DNA of 63,123 nucleotides, counting the filler, from Conidiobolus incongruus B7586 (Eukaryota), in NCBI GenBank assembly GCA_000697335.1. It is 14 parts of 14 records of this genome, joined end to end, with 100 filler letters (N's around TTAATTAATTAA, not from the genome) between each part and the next. Parts side by side here need not be neighbours in the genome. Positions count along the whole stretch, not along the records: positions 38,751 to 43,381 come from JNEM01000414.1; positions 43,482 to 47,689 come from JNEM01000416.1; positions 47,790 to 52,961 come from JNEM01000417.1; positions 53,062 to 57,084 come from JNEM01000418.1; 10 more parts are not named here. One strand, 5' to 3'. The notes beneath the pieces were generated by a model. The model made no database searches, was not told where the DNA came from, and saw only the letters and a list, made by a program, of their open reading frames with translations. Of the stretch, positions 40,995 to 54,500 are shown piece after piece (position 1 is the stretch's first letter; each line of letters starts with the position of its first letter). Both the position numbers and the translations under genes were made by a program.

Positions 40995-41589
40995 ATGCCA
41001 ATTGGTTATGTTTCAAGAACTGAACACTTTTCAGCTGCTCACAGGTTACACTCAAATAAATTAAGTGCTGAAGAGAATAAGCTAATATTTGGCAAATGCA
41101 ATGGTATCAACTCACATGGCCATAATTATAAAGTTGAAGTAACCGTTAGAGGAGAGGTATTTAACATATTATTATATCTGTACTGTATATGTATATTAAG
41201 CTGTAAAATAATTAGATTGATTCAACTACTGGTATGATTTTAAATATTAGTGACCTAAAAAGATGGATACAAAGAGAAATTATCGAAGCTTTGGATCATA
41301 AGAACTTGGTACAATAGTTTTATATAATCTTTTTATTCTTACTAATTTCAATTCATAGGACAAAGATGTGGAATATTTTTCAGACACAACGAGGTATATT
41401 AAATTTATTATATCTTTTCAGCTAAACACTTATTTGTATATATTTAGTACTGCTGAAAATATTGCTGTGTTTATATGGACTAAACTAAATCCATTAATTG
41501 AAGCTGACAGAAGTAATGCCAAACTTTATGAAATCAAATTATATGAAACCGATCAAAATGTAGTAATATTTCGTGGTGAAGGTCTTTAA
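40995..41589 (+). CDS. PTS: 6-pyruvoyl-tetrahydropterin synthase (143 aa); exons 40995-41156, 41216-41308, 41359-41393, 41448-41589
   Basis: Motifs [12 protein letters not shown] (catalytic Cys), HGHNY, IDSTTGM, LDHKNLDKDV, STAENIA and LYETDQN. Three GT-AG introns restore a continuous frame. Confidence 0.95.
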
Positions 41590-41623
41590 AATATAAATAA
41601 ATTTTATTAATAATTATTATAAA

Positions 41624-42559
41624 TTAAATACTATGGAATTTATCTTCAGCCATCTTTTGAACATTGACCAAATATTTTAATTTAATCGTATTGTTTTTTG
41701 CAGTCGAGTAGTCTTTTTCTTGGAAGTTTTTCTCTAATTCATCAGTGATAGATTGGATTTGCTCTAAATAGAGTTTAGTGACTATAGCAGCTAATAGCAT
41801 AATAATATCAAACCTTTTGTTGATTTTAATATGGTTTCTATTTGATTGATGTCATCACTATCTTGAATTTCTTCGTGGAGTTCCATTATTTCAAATAGTA
41901 AAGTATCATCTTCTAATTTATCTGTTTCACTAATTGGAACTCCTTCAATCTTTAGCTATAGTGAATCTCAGTAAATATTTTCAATACAATAAAGGGTTAT
42001 TTAATATTACCAAATATTTAGCTCGCTGTAAAGGATCTTTTAAAGTTTGATAAGCCTTATTAAGTAGAGAAGACAAGTTGGCTGAAATTAATTGATCTTT
42101 CTATTCAACATAAAGATTATTAGTATGTTAAACCAAAGAATAGTCTGATAAGATACCTCTTCTACTTGAGTAAAATTATCAGGATGAACCTTTCTTTGTA
42201 GTTGTAAAAATTCTCGTTTAAGAGCCGAATCATTCATATGATAGCTTTTAGGCCTATAATAAAATAAAAATTAGCAAATCATAAAACGATTGGAAGTAAA
42301 TAAATACTTTTCAAAAAGTAGGAAATAATCGACAGTATCGGGTATTGGTTGAAAAGAATTACAATCATTAGCTGTACATTGAATAGTCGAATCAGGTAGT
42401 ATCTGATTACATCTCCAACAAGATTTATCCAATTGAATAAAGGTATTAAAAGCTCCTATTAGCTATAATTAGCTTATTTAAAAATAATGTGTTAAATGCA
42501 TTACTTTGTAATAATCTTGGATTAGAATTGATTTTGGTTATTTTAGATCTTAATAACAT
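41624..42559 (-). CDS. HSCB: Mitochondrial Fe-S co-chaperone HSC20/Jac1 (J-domain); about 6 exons; missed by the ORF track
   Basis: Spliced translation gives a basic presequence MLLRSKITK, CWRC...CTANDC, DYFLLF, LQRKVHPD (HPD motif), LNKAYQTLKDPLQRAKYL, LLFEIMELHE and KLKYLVN. Stop at 41624-41626. Confidence 0.92.
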
Positions 42560-44923
42560 TTTGAAGTTTAGCATTTATGTTACAAGTCTTTAGAATGAAC
42601 TATTTATATCATTTACAATTCGATAATTTATGGGACAATGACACCTATGATTAAATGAAACTTTTATTTTTATAATAATAATTTCTTTTTTTAAGAATAT
42701 ATATTTTAAAATTAATATTGTAAAAGCAATTGATTAAAAATACATAGGATTATAAAACATTAACTTGTAAATAATTAAATATATTTCCATTAAAATTATT
42801 TATATCAAATTTTAATTTAAAACCAGAATTACTATTTTAATAAATATATTTTTTATAAATATTTCTATATGAAAATCGATTATTTTTAGTGATATATAAT
42901 AATAACAGAATTTAAAATCAATTTTAAATATAAGTTATATTATATGAATTATTATCTTAAATATTTGATATATAATAAATACTTTCTTTTATTATTTGTA
43001 ATTTTTTTCTTTATATTTGATAAAAGTTTTAATATTGAAAAAAAATTTTCCTTTTAAACTTAATTTTTTATAAATTAATTTAAATATAAGATTACATTAT
43101 GAAGATTATTTAATATTGTGAAACAATTTTAACTATATAAAGTATGTTTACTTGATATTATCAAGACCAATTAGATAGGTGTTAACTTTTAACTCTAGTA
43201 ACATTTGAAAACATCCTCCAAATATATTCACTATATAGAAAGCTATTATGGTACTAATAATTTTATATAAGAAATTTATCCAAATATATCTAAATAACTT
43301 ATATATTTATTATCTTGAATTTGAAATAATAGGAAATTTTTTAATTTCTGATTTTTTAAAAATATTATTAGTTTTAATTAANNNNNNNNNNNNNNNNNNN
43401 NNNNNNNNNNNNNNNNNNNNNNNNNTTAATTAATTAANNNNNNNNNNNNNNNNNNNNNNNNNNNNNNNNNNNNNNNNNNNNATAAATAATATTAACTCTA
43501 TCTATAATTTTTTTGATTATAACCAAATAATATATTTCATCTAGATATTTAATTAGTATATTAAATAAATCATCAAAATTATAAATATATTTTGAATTGA
43601 TATCATTTAATATAATTGTCATATAAATTCAAATAAATATATAACATTAATAGATATAGAATTTTTTGATTATATAATATATTATAAAAAAACATTTCTG
43701 TTATATCAATTTTATTTTTTAAAAAATTTATAAAAATAACAAATAGTACTTAATTAATATTCATTTGTTATTTAATTATTATATTTCCAAAATTCAATTT
43801 TCTTAACTGATTATTTTAATTTTGATTATATGTAATTGATTACTTGATTGATAATTTAAATTCCTTTTTCTAGATCAGTAAATTACATCAATACATTTAT
43901 GTATTTTTGGTTTAGCACTTGGAGTATATTTTTAATAAATAAACTAATTAATACAAAATAGAATAATTAATGTTATAAAATATAGAATTATATCAACTAG
44001 AGTTATATAATAAGGCTGTAATTAAATAAACCAAATATCTCGCTCTTTAAGATACAAATACGATTTATTTTATAAGTGTAATTGGTTAGGAATTTCAGAA
44101 ATATGTTTAACAAGTAGTTGGATTAAAGGAGTTAATGTAACCAATAATAACATATTACAGGTTAAAATCAAATTGCAAGATAAAGTATTAAGTGTGAAAT
44201 AACAATGCCAATTTTTCAGATGATTATTATTAAAATAAGTTAAAATTAATAACTAAAATAAAAATCTCAAATTGCTTTATTTAATAACTTTCTTCACTAA
44301 GCACTCTCTATTAAAAACAATATTTGTTTGATCAAAAATTGTTCTACTAAGTCTTTAAAAAGTATCTTTCAAAACTCTATAAAACCCTGCTAACAATTAA
44401 CCTTACATATATAATAATATAGCTTGTCTGAAATATAAACAACTTGAATTGTTGATATGTTTTTTTATAATATCAATAAAAACATTAATATTAAATAGAA
44501 ATCAACCTTGTGATTAGTAATCAATTTTTTTACTATGTCCACTTTATTTGAAAAATCCAATATTAAATATTTGAAATTTCGATCACATCAATAGATTAAT
44601 GATATAATGAAATGGTTCCTCTTTGCCTTTATTTGAGTGTTGATTTTATGTTACCCAGATTAGTACTAGTCTCTGTGAAAGTTTTTCTCATTTTGCAATA
44701 GGACTAATGAAAATATTAATAAATGAGGGAATGGATAATAAAATCGTATTGATTTCATAGTTAAAAGAATATTGGAATCAATACATCATAAATTATTACT
44801 AACTATTTTTAAAGGAACATTTAGAATATGTTTAATATTGAAATTACAACTAATTTTAATAATTCATAAATTATTAATCGATTATTCAAACAAAAGTCAT
44901 AGAGAAAATACTTTTCAGATAAG

Positions 44924-45230
44924 TGTCGTGAGGTTGGAAGCTAACTCTCACTCAAGAACCCGATTTTCTTCCTTGATTCGAATGGTTTGTACATATACTG
45001 GCACCCTTATATCATTATTTCATTATGATTGAAGCACAGCCCCAATTGGCACCACCGATTGGTTATAGACTCCACCGACCAATAATATAAAATACGCATG
45101 CCCCTAAAAAGGGTACCAGACTGATTGATCTTGGTAACTTGAGCTCTCTGTCTATAACCAATAAACTCTCCGCTAAGCCCATATCTCATAGTTTTACCGG
45201 GAATACATTTCCTTCTATTTCTTTTGAACA
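44924..45230 (+). mobile_element. Candidate solo LTR (about 307 bp)
   Basis: GC-richer island starting TGTCGTGAG and ending GAACA. Contains TATAAAA, then TTGATCTTGG, then AATAAAC, the same order as the repeat at 57952-58289. No target-site duplication seen. Confidence 0.4.
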
Positions 45231-45617
45231 ACTCCTTGCTAAGGAATTGTCAATTTTATTAAAATTTAACAATAAAAAAGTATATTAAATGGATCTTTGA
45301 GAAAATTATGTGATCCAAATATAAAATAAAATTTATTAATTTTGTGAAATTCTCATCAATTTGTTGAAATAGGGTATTGTGAGATTTGTTTCGGGATACA
45401 ATAAATTATAAATTGAGTAACATCCAATCAACATGTTTTTTATATTGGACTGATTAGTAATACAATTTTATGAAATTTAACTCTTAAAATCGTAAAAATT
45501 GCTAAGTTATGACGAAAATTAATCATCATTGAAACTTCATGGGTATATAATTTGTACAGATGTCATCATTCGTTAATTGCTTCAAGTGAATACAAAATCA
45601 ATAAAAATTTATTCAAA

Positions 45618-46735
45618 ATGCCTCTACAAGTTCAATTCAATCATGGTGACAAATTTGAAGATGTCAAAGCTGTAGAAGTTCCTAAGCCTACTCTTAACAA
45701 CGATAACCAAGTTTTGGTCAAATTTTTATTAAACCCTGTCAATCCTTCAGATGTATACAGCGTCCTTGGAGCTTACAAGGGTTTTCAACCTGATAGCTAT
45801 CCTGCTATCCCTGGAGTAAGTGATCATTATACATACTATATTTCTTAATATTAACCAATTTTGTAAAGCTGGAAGGTGTTGCTCAAGTTGAAGAAGTTGG
45901 CAAATCCGTCACATCAAGTAAGTTCAATCAAGTTAGCTAAAAGATAAAATTTTAACAAGTGATTATAGTTAAGGTTGGTCAAAGAGTTGTCATTATTCCT
46001 GGAGCTGATAATAATGGCATTACTAAAGTTGGCACTTGGAGAGACTATGCGATTTACAATGATGATAGTTTATTCCCTGTTCCAGATAATGTATCTGATG
46101 AAACCGCTGCCCAAGCCATTGTCAATCCTGTTACAGCTTATGCAATGTTGGATCAACTCAATGCCCCTAAAGGTGAATATATCTTACAAACTGCTGCTGG
46201 ATCTGTCCTCGGCCGCATTTTGATCGAGTTTGCAAAAATTAGAGGTGTTAAGACTATCAATTTGGTCAGACGCAAAGAACAAATCGAAGAACTCAAGGCA
46301 ATTGGAGCTGATGAGGTTTTGTGTACTGAAGATGGCACTGATATTGTAGAAGAAATCAAGAGAATTACCGATGGTAAGCTTGCTTATGGTGCCGTCGATG
46401 CAGTTGGAGGTGAACTGGGTTCCAAGCTTACTCAAGCTGTGAGAGATAATGGACATATTTTGTTATATGGAACATTGGGAGGATTGACTGTTAATGCTAG
46501 CGCTATTGATTTATTATTTAGAAATGTCAATTATACTGGCTTCTGGTTAACCAAATACTTTAACGAAGCTGGCAAAGCTAAATCTTTTGAAACATTGACC
46601 AAAGTATTCGAACTTTTAGGGAAAGGAGTTGAACCATTCACTGGCACTAAATATCCCTTAGAAAAAATCTCTGAAGCACTTCAAGAATCTTTGAAACCTG
46701 GAAGAGGTGGAAAGGTTTTATTAGTTCACAATTAA
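45618..46735 (+). CDS. Zn-independent MDR-family NADPH oxidoreductase (trans-2-enoyl reductase/quinone reductase-like, 337 aa); exons 45618-45815, 45869-45917, 45969-46735
   Basis: Motifs PVNPSD, PAIPGLEGV, VNPVTAY, TAAGSVLG, DAVGG, GFWL and GGKVLL. Two GTAAGT introns splice in frame. Confidence 0.92.
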
Positions 46736-49383
46736 TCAAGTTTCTGGTAGATTCGCAATATATCATTAATTTTTTCCAAACAATATTTCAAATCAATTAG
46801 TGTATTTATAAATAAATGCTTCTTTTTATATTAAATATAGTTAATTGATGTATTTTTGATCTAATCTTTGCTTATATTAGTACAGAAATTAAGTTATGAC
46901 AAAATAATAAAATCAATATTAAATATAAATAATAATGTATGAGTTTTAAAAATCAAAAATATATAATTAATACTCTCTTTTATTATTAATAACCTTTTTC
47001 TATAATTCTAACTTCTAACACTTAAAAAAAGGTTTTTTATTAAGCTAGAATTTAATATTTATTTAACAAAATTTAATTTGTTTTATAGTAAATTTTTTCA
47101 TATAAATATTGTTTTTAATTATTTAAGACTTTAACTATAATAATTATTAAAATTAATATAATATGAAAAAAAAACTTATGATATTTATATAATATATTAA
47201 TATATCAGTAAGCAAAGTTTATTTAAGCTTTATAAACAATAGAATTAGTATAGATTTAGTGTGTTTTATATAGAATAATATTTATATAATATTGATCAAT
47301 ATAATATTAATTCTATATATAATAAAAATTATAATATAAAAAAATTATAAAAAAAAATATAATTATTAACTAAATTAATCTTATTTATATAATTGAATGT
47401 AATATAAAATATAATTTATTTAATTTATTTAGTCAAGTAAATTATATAAAATAAAAACAAAAATTTCAAGAAATAATTTTTTATCAAAAAAAAATTAAAT
47501 TTATATAACTTATAAATTAATTAAAATATTAGATATAATAATTTTTTTAGTTTTTTATATAGAAAATTTTTAAACTTTTAATTTTATATGTTATTTAATT
47601 AATATAAAAAATAATAAATATATATAATTAATTAATCATAAAGTCATTCAATAAATATTTTGATAATTAATATATAATAAAAAATATAANNNNNNNNNNN
47701 NNNNNNNNNNNNNNNNNNNNNNNNNNNNNNNNNTTAATTAATTAANNNNNNNNNNNNNNNNNNNNNNNNNNNNNNNNNNNNNNNNNNNNATTTAATAAAA
47801 GTTTAAAAGAGAATTAAATTAGATATAGCTAAATAAAACTTTTTTTAAAATAATATAAAGTTATTTAAATCAAATTATTATAATTAATGAATTTGTAATT
47901 TTTTGCTTTATCAAATTAAAATATGATTAATATTTTATTATTAATACTTAACTGGAAATGATAAAAAAATCTAATTAAATATATTATTAATGGAATATAA
48001 TATTATAGTTATTATATAAATATAAAATTAAAAAATTCAAATTTAGAAAATTTTATATTATTAACAAAAGTATTATGTTATAATAATAACTATATATTTG
48101 ATTTTATTCACTATAAAGTTCAATATTATTTTGATTGTATTTTTTTCAAAATTATAAATTTAACATTTGAGATTTTAATAATTCATCTATATATTAAAAC
48201 TAATGAATCAGATAAATTATTTTAGTTCTAAAGTTCTATAATATCTAAACTTTTTTCCTATAAATTATATTCTTATCTTATATTTTTCAAATTGATAAAT
48301 TTTCATTATTCAAATTAATTAATAAAATATAAAATATATATGTTATAATTAATTCTATCAAAAATTTGAGTCTAAAAGGAAATAAATCAATATTGTTAAT
48401 TAAAAATATTAGAAAATCCATAATCAATCTTTGTGATAAATTTCTATAATCCCAAACTAAAGATTAAATTAATATAATTAATAATTTTCATCAATTTGAC
48501 TTGATTTAATTATTCAAATTTAGTTTTTTATAAATAGATTATTTCATAAAATAATAATAATGTAAAATAAGTTAATTATATATTATAATTTATATAATAG
48601 CCTGAATTACGTGAATACGTAAGTTCAATAAAGTATCTATTTATGAAATAATTAATTTATCAAATCATTTTTTATATCATTTTAATATCCATATGAATTT
48701 AAATCAATCTATATACCAAACAAAAATTATTAGTCTTTTTTTCTATTCTCATTTACATCAAATTACTTTAATATTTACCTTTTTTTGATAATAATCTAGT
48801 AACATTTTTCAAATATTAAAATCCAATATAACATATTAATTTAATAATATTGAATTCAAAATCTTTTTATATTCTTTTTATAATTTGAAATAATAAAATT
48901 ATAAATAATATAATTGAAGTATTGATCAATTGATATTATTGCCTATTTATCAATTGTATACTTTGAAAAATTATAATGATTAACTGTTGATTAAAATATA
49001 TTTGATATTATTTTATGTCAATTGAATATAATCAAGAAAAATAATGATAATGCAAAAGTATATATATTTTTGCAATTGAAAAGATATGAATCTCAATTTT
49101 TGTTTAAGTGAATTAGTTATATTTATTATTTTAATTCAATTGAATATAATATTAACTAATTAAACATTGCAACTAAAATGAAGCAGTGAATATAATTAAA
49201 TTTCATATCATTTCAGAAATTTTTTAAAAATGATTATACTTTTATAATATTTGAAACTAACCATAATTTTCATAAAAAAACTAATGATAAAAAAATACTT
49301 AATAAATGATTGGATAGATAATAAATTAAAAATTAAACTCAAATTAATATATATTCAAAATGAATTAGATTTAAAATTTATAT

Positions 49384-50209
49384 TTACTGTCTAATTAATT
49401 CTAATAGTTTATCAATGTTAGTAAAACATAAATTTTTACATTTCTCAACCTAAATCTGTTATAAATAAAAAGTTTTTTTAAAATACTTAATAATTAATTA
49501 CCTCTTCCAAATTAAAACTTCCCCAACTATAAATACTCAAAGGTTCTGAAGATTGAGCACTGAAAACGAAGGTATGACGCGATTTAAAAGTCTATATCAC
49601 AATTAATCAATTTGATGCTGAATTAAAAATGATCAAAAAATTACCTTGAATTCTTCAATAGTTGGATCTACAATAATAGAATTATCATCGAGTACAATAC
49701 AAGAAATTCCAACAACGGTCATGTCCATTGGAATACCAGCATTGAGAAGTGCCAAAGTTGTAGAATTAATAAATGGGGCTTCAACGTCCACATCGAAATG
49801 GGACAACTGTTGCAGATTGATTTGAATTAGAGTCCTTGGATTCAGTTTTGTTAGAATAATCTCTCCAAATAGTTTAGTGATTAAATTTTCGAGATATTTT
49901 TGTCTGGTTGCTAAATGCTAATTAATAAGGGGTTGAAACATATCAAGATTGGGACTACTTGAGACACCTACGAGAGGTGTAACAATTACTTCTAATGTAG
50001 CTTTGTCGATTTGTTCTAAATGTTGTTTCACTTCAATGGGACCATTCACTGTTGTAAGTACTTGGAAATCCCCTATTCATTCATTAGTTTATGATTTTAA
50101 ATTATCATGTCAATATTAATCTTCTACCCTGAGATAATATGCAACTACCATCACTTTGGGATAAACAATTTAATTCAAATTGAAATTTTTTTAATTGATT
50201 AAATTCCAT
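49384..50209 (-). CDS. RRP46: Exosome core RNase PH-like subunit Rrp46/EXOSC5; 5 exons; missed by the ORF track
   Basis: Spliced translation: LSQSDGSC, VNGPIEVK, ATLEVIVTP, PRTLIQINLQ, INSTTLALLNAGIPM, IVDPTIEE; ends LELIRQ*. Confidence 0.88.
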
Positions 50210-50406
50210 TATTTATTTTTTTTAAAAAAAATCTATATTATTATTAAATTTTCATTGATTTTTGCCTATTGAAAATTTAACTTTGTAAATTTAGAATTAT
50301 AAATTGTGGGACAATTCCTAATTCCAAATTGAATCAAAGGTTAATTGATATAATATCAATCTAATATAAAATAACAAATTAAATAAATATTTATTCTATT
50401 AATAAT

Positions 50407-51558
50407 CTAAAACTTTCTAGGTCCCATTTTCAATTTCTTAGCTTCAATCTTTTCCAATCTCTGTTTTTTGACAATTTTCTTAACTTGTTGTTTACTCAAA
50501 AGTGGATGATTCTTAATTTCGTTGGGCGATAATTTCACATCTCGTTCAAGTTGCTGAAGCTCCTGAAGTACTTCAAAATGTTGGGCAAATCCAGAGGGGG
50601 AGATATCGTCCAGAATATGCTTGCCAAGAGCTCCAAGTCGGTAGCGCTTGAGCCAGTATGCGGCTGCTCCCTCAATGTTAGGGATACCTCCCTTATGGAG
50701 GAGACCTGTCTTTTTGGCCACTGCAGATAGCAATATTTCAACATCTTCGGTAGGTTCTCCCAATTTGAACATATCGACATAATCGAACATTTCCAGCTTA
50801 TTCAAATGGTAGAGAATGTAATCCGACATCACTTGACAATCTGCCAAATGATCCCTCACACCACCAGTCACCGCAACTTTGAGTGATTGTTCAGGATTTG
50901 GAATATGAGGAATCATTACACCAGGAGTATCTACCAAATAAATGGGGGGATCCTGCCACACTTTGACCGTTGACCCCACACTCCTAGTAATTCCGGGTTG
51001 AGCACCAGTTGGCATGGCTTTTCCCTTACCTGTGCCAACTCTCCTAAGTGAATTTATGAGACTAGACTTACCAACATTTGGCATCCCTACCACCATAATA
51101 TTAACGAAAGGAAATTTCAAAGGATTTCCATCGATTTTCGACCTAGCCATTTCAATAATTTTTTTAACATTTCTATCATTATTAGCATCCGTAAATAATA
51201 TAGGAAAATTGGTATAATTCTGAAAACCTTGTCGAATTCTCTAAACCAATTTATATTAATAATATTTTAACTAAAATTTAGCTTCTTTAATTACTTTTAT
51301 ACTGTCAGACGGTATTAAATCCATCTTATTAAATACAATAATACGATCTTTGGACTGACTTATAAGTTTTTCGAATTTAGGATTCATTGAACTCAATGGA
51401 ATTCTGGCATCTCTCACTTCAATTAAAATATCGGTCTCCTGCATACGTTGTTGAATTAAACGTAAACCTTTTGCCATATGCCCAGGGAACCAATTAATTA
51501 CTCTATCATAATTGAATTCTTGTCGAAATTGATTAAATAGTCTGTGCGTAAGAAACAT
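50407..51558 (-). CDS. MTG1: Mitochondrial ribosome-assembly GTPase 1 (RbgA/YlqF family, 365 aa); exons 51558-51295 and 51240-50407
   Basis: Motifs WFPGHMAKG, EVRDARIPLSS, NKMD, GMPNVGKSS, PGIT and DTPG in circularly permuted order. One 54-nt phase-0 intron. Confidence 0.95.
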
Positions 51559-54500
51559 TTTATTTTAATTTAGATTGTTTTTAATAAAATAAAAATTTAA
51601 TTAAAAATAACTTTAATAAATAATATAATTAGATTTGATATAATATTATGGGATTTAGAGTTAAATTAATTTATAAATATCCATCATCAAAAATTAAATT
51701 TAAATAATTATATAAAATAATATATATATATATATATATATATATGCAATATTTGACAACAGCATTTCTTATATTGAAAATGAATAAAATTCTATGGGTT
51801 ATTCAGCAAAAGCAAATACCTAAACCATATTATCACATTGATAATTAGTTCATAAAATTATTTGAGAATATTAAATTTATCAAATTTTTATTGAAAAATT
51901 TTATTTATAATTATTTAGTTGATTGGTAGAAAATTAGAAATATTATAATAAACTAATGGTAATATAATTTGTTTAAATGAAATCACTCAGTATAACATCT
52001 AATTCACATTTTAAAGATTAAGCATATTATGCTCCTTTTTCCAATTCAACTAACCAGTAATAAATATTAATTTTTTATATTAAATGTAAGATATTATTTT
52101 TAAATCACTCAATTTTATTATATTATAAATATTTGAAAAAAAACTTTGTTTTTAGGTTAGAAGTTTTTTTTGATTCTTTGAGTTAGTTTTCTAATTTGTT
52201 TTTTTATTATCTCTAATATTTTTTGTATCCTATCACTTAATATTTCATTTAGCTAATTTTAATTTTAAACTAACGAACTTTTAATTAATTGATTTCAAAT
52301 TTGAAATTTTTAATTAATTAATTTATTATTTAATTGAATAACCCTATCAAACTTGTAATAAAGATATATCGAAATAATATCATATATTAATTCATTATAG
52401 TTGGACAGTGTTTTTATTACTATTAAAATATTTTTCACATTCAACATAATATTGAATTCTATTTTTCAAATTTATTTTCAAAGTGTAACTTAAATATAAT
52501 ATTAAAAGACTAATTCTCTAAATTCTTTTATATATTTCTATATAATTCAATTAATAATAAATTATATAATTAATTTATACTTTTATAATTAATTGAACTG
52601 TCTAATAAACTAGATTTTTTTTCTTTATATCACTTATTATTTTTTATCTTTTTTATTATTTCTTAGGGTTAAGATTATATTTTATTAATATTATAGTATA
52701 TTAATACTATCTAATATAAATCTTAATATATCAGTAAATTATTTTTATTTAAAGCTTAATTAAACTTTGTTTATATTTGCACACTATATCCCATACTATC
52801 TTGCCATATTCTGTGTCATATTACTCCTAAATTAAGTCTTTCTTTATATTATATTGGTTTAACTACCACTATACTTATAATTTGCATTTTTATATTATAT
52901 TATTATATTATATTCTATATTATTTTATTTTAAATTTTTTTTATATTATATTAGTTTAACTNNNNNNNNNNNNNNNNNNNNNNNNNNNNNNNNNNNNNNN
53001 NNNNNTTAATTAATTAANNNNNNNNNNNNNNNNNNNNNNNNNNNNNNNNNNNNNNNNNNNNAAAATTATAAAATTAAAACTTATAATAATAATTTATCAA
53101 AATTAAAATAATAAAATTATTTTAATATGTTAATAAATTTATATAAAATATAATTATAAAATTTTAAATATAAATGAATATCAAATTTATTTCCTAGTAA
53201 TAAAAAAACTAAGATCAACTTTGGTAAAAAAATATAATTTGAGTAAGTATAAGGAAAGTAATAAACCTTTTATAGTATAAAGAGCCAATCAAGCCCAATC
53301 TCTGTATAACAAAGTATTCCATAATATATGGCAAGATAAATTATGGAAATAGCAACAAAATGATCTGATCATACTCTAATTAATATAATTCAAATTAATT
53401 ATCTAAGGAATATAAAAATAATCAAAAATAAATTAGAATAGATTAATTAATTAGGTATAATATCTTAAAAAACAAAATAAGCTATATTAATATAAAAATT
53501 ATCAGATTTATATTTAAAACAATATATAATATTATTAATAATAAAAATTTATATTAAAATTAATATTTTATAGTAGATAAATATGTTTTCTATCTTATAT
53601 ATATATATATATATATTAAATATTAATTAATACAAGTATTTTGAAATATAAACTAATAAAATTATAAAATATTTTTGAATATAAATATTTTCTCTTATCA
53701 TTATAATTTTTATAATATTAAAAAATATTTCTATTTAAGGAAAGTCAATTATCAATCTGTTATATTATTTAAATTAAGACAAAATTTTTTCCCTTTTTAT
53801 TTTTTAATTAAATTATTTTATATAATAAAATATATTAAAATAAAAGTATAAATCACTTCTTAAATCATTATCAATTTTTATATTTGAATCAACTTTTAAT
53901 TGTTTTTATGGCCTATTATTTTAAGAATAAAATCAAGAACTATCCTTGTAATTATTATATATGAAAGTTTTTTGAAAAGGTATATTTTTATAGAGATTAA
54001 TTTTAATAGCCAGAAGAAAGATAAATTATCAAAAATTCACTTTCATCATTAAGATTTTAACAAATACTAGTAAATTTCTATAAAGTAAATATCCCACTAT
54101 CATCATAACTCAACCCTTTTGGTGAGTATTATAAGAGAATTAGGAGATCAGACACTATTGAAATGAAGATATTGTCACATATTTATTAAGATATATATTG
54201 CGATTATATTAGAGATGATCATTGATATCAGTGAACAGGAACCCTTCATTCATAAAAAGTGATAAAAAAATTTGTTTTTAATATTTTTGAATTATATTAT
54301 GATTTCTTGGTTCAGAGTGGGTAATCATAGTTAATGTTAATTTTTGTGTTCAATAATATAATAGTCAAGTTATACTCATTTTGATTAAACTATTTTAAGT
54401 AAATATTTAATTGAACCATTAAATAAATTAAAGAATAAATTTATTAGTACCAACTTTAATAAAACTTATTATTTTATAATTCTATAATATTCTCTTCTTT

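Noticed and set aside
43248..43622. Track ORFs 43248-43433 and 43434-43622
   Set aside because: They run into linker Ns and are low-complexity AT sequence.
44772..45231. ORFs 44772-45032 and 45007-45231
   Set aside because: TTG starts and no motifs; better explained by the LTR-like island.
51719..51745. (TA)n, (AAT)n and (TATAA)n microsatellites here and elsewhere
   Set aside because: Expected in DNA this AT-rich.
52740..53360. Weak inverted similarity across a linker (shared ATATGGCAAGATA)
   Set aside because: Short match between unlinked contigs; may be repeat debris but cannot be classified.
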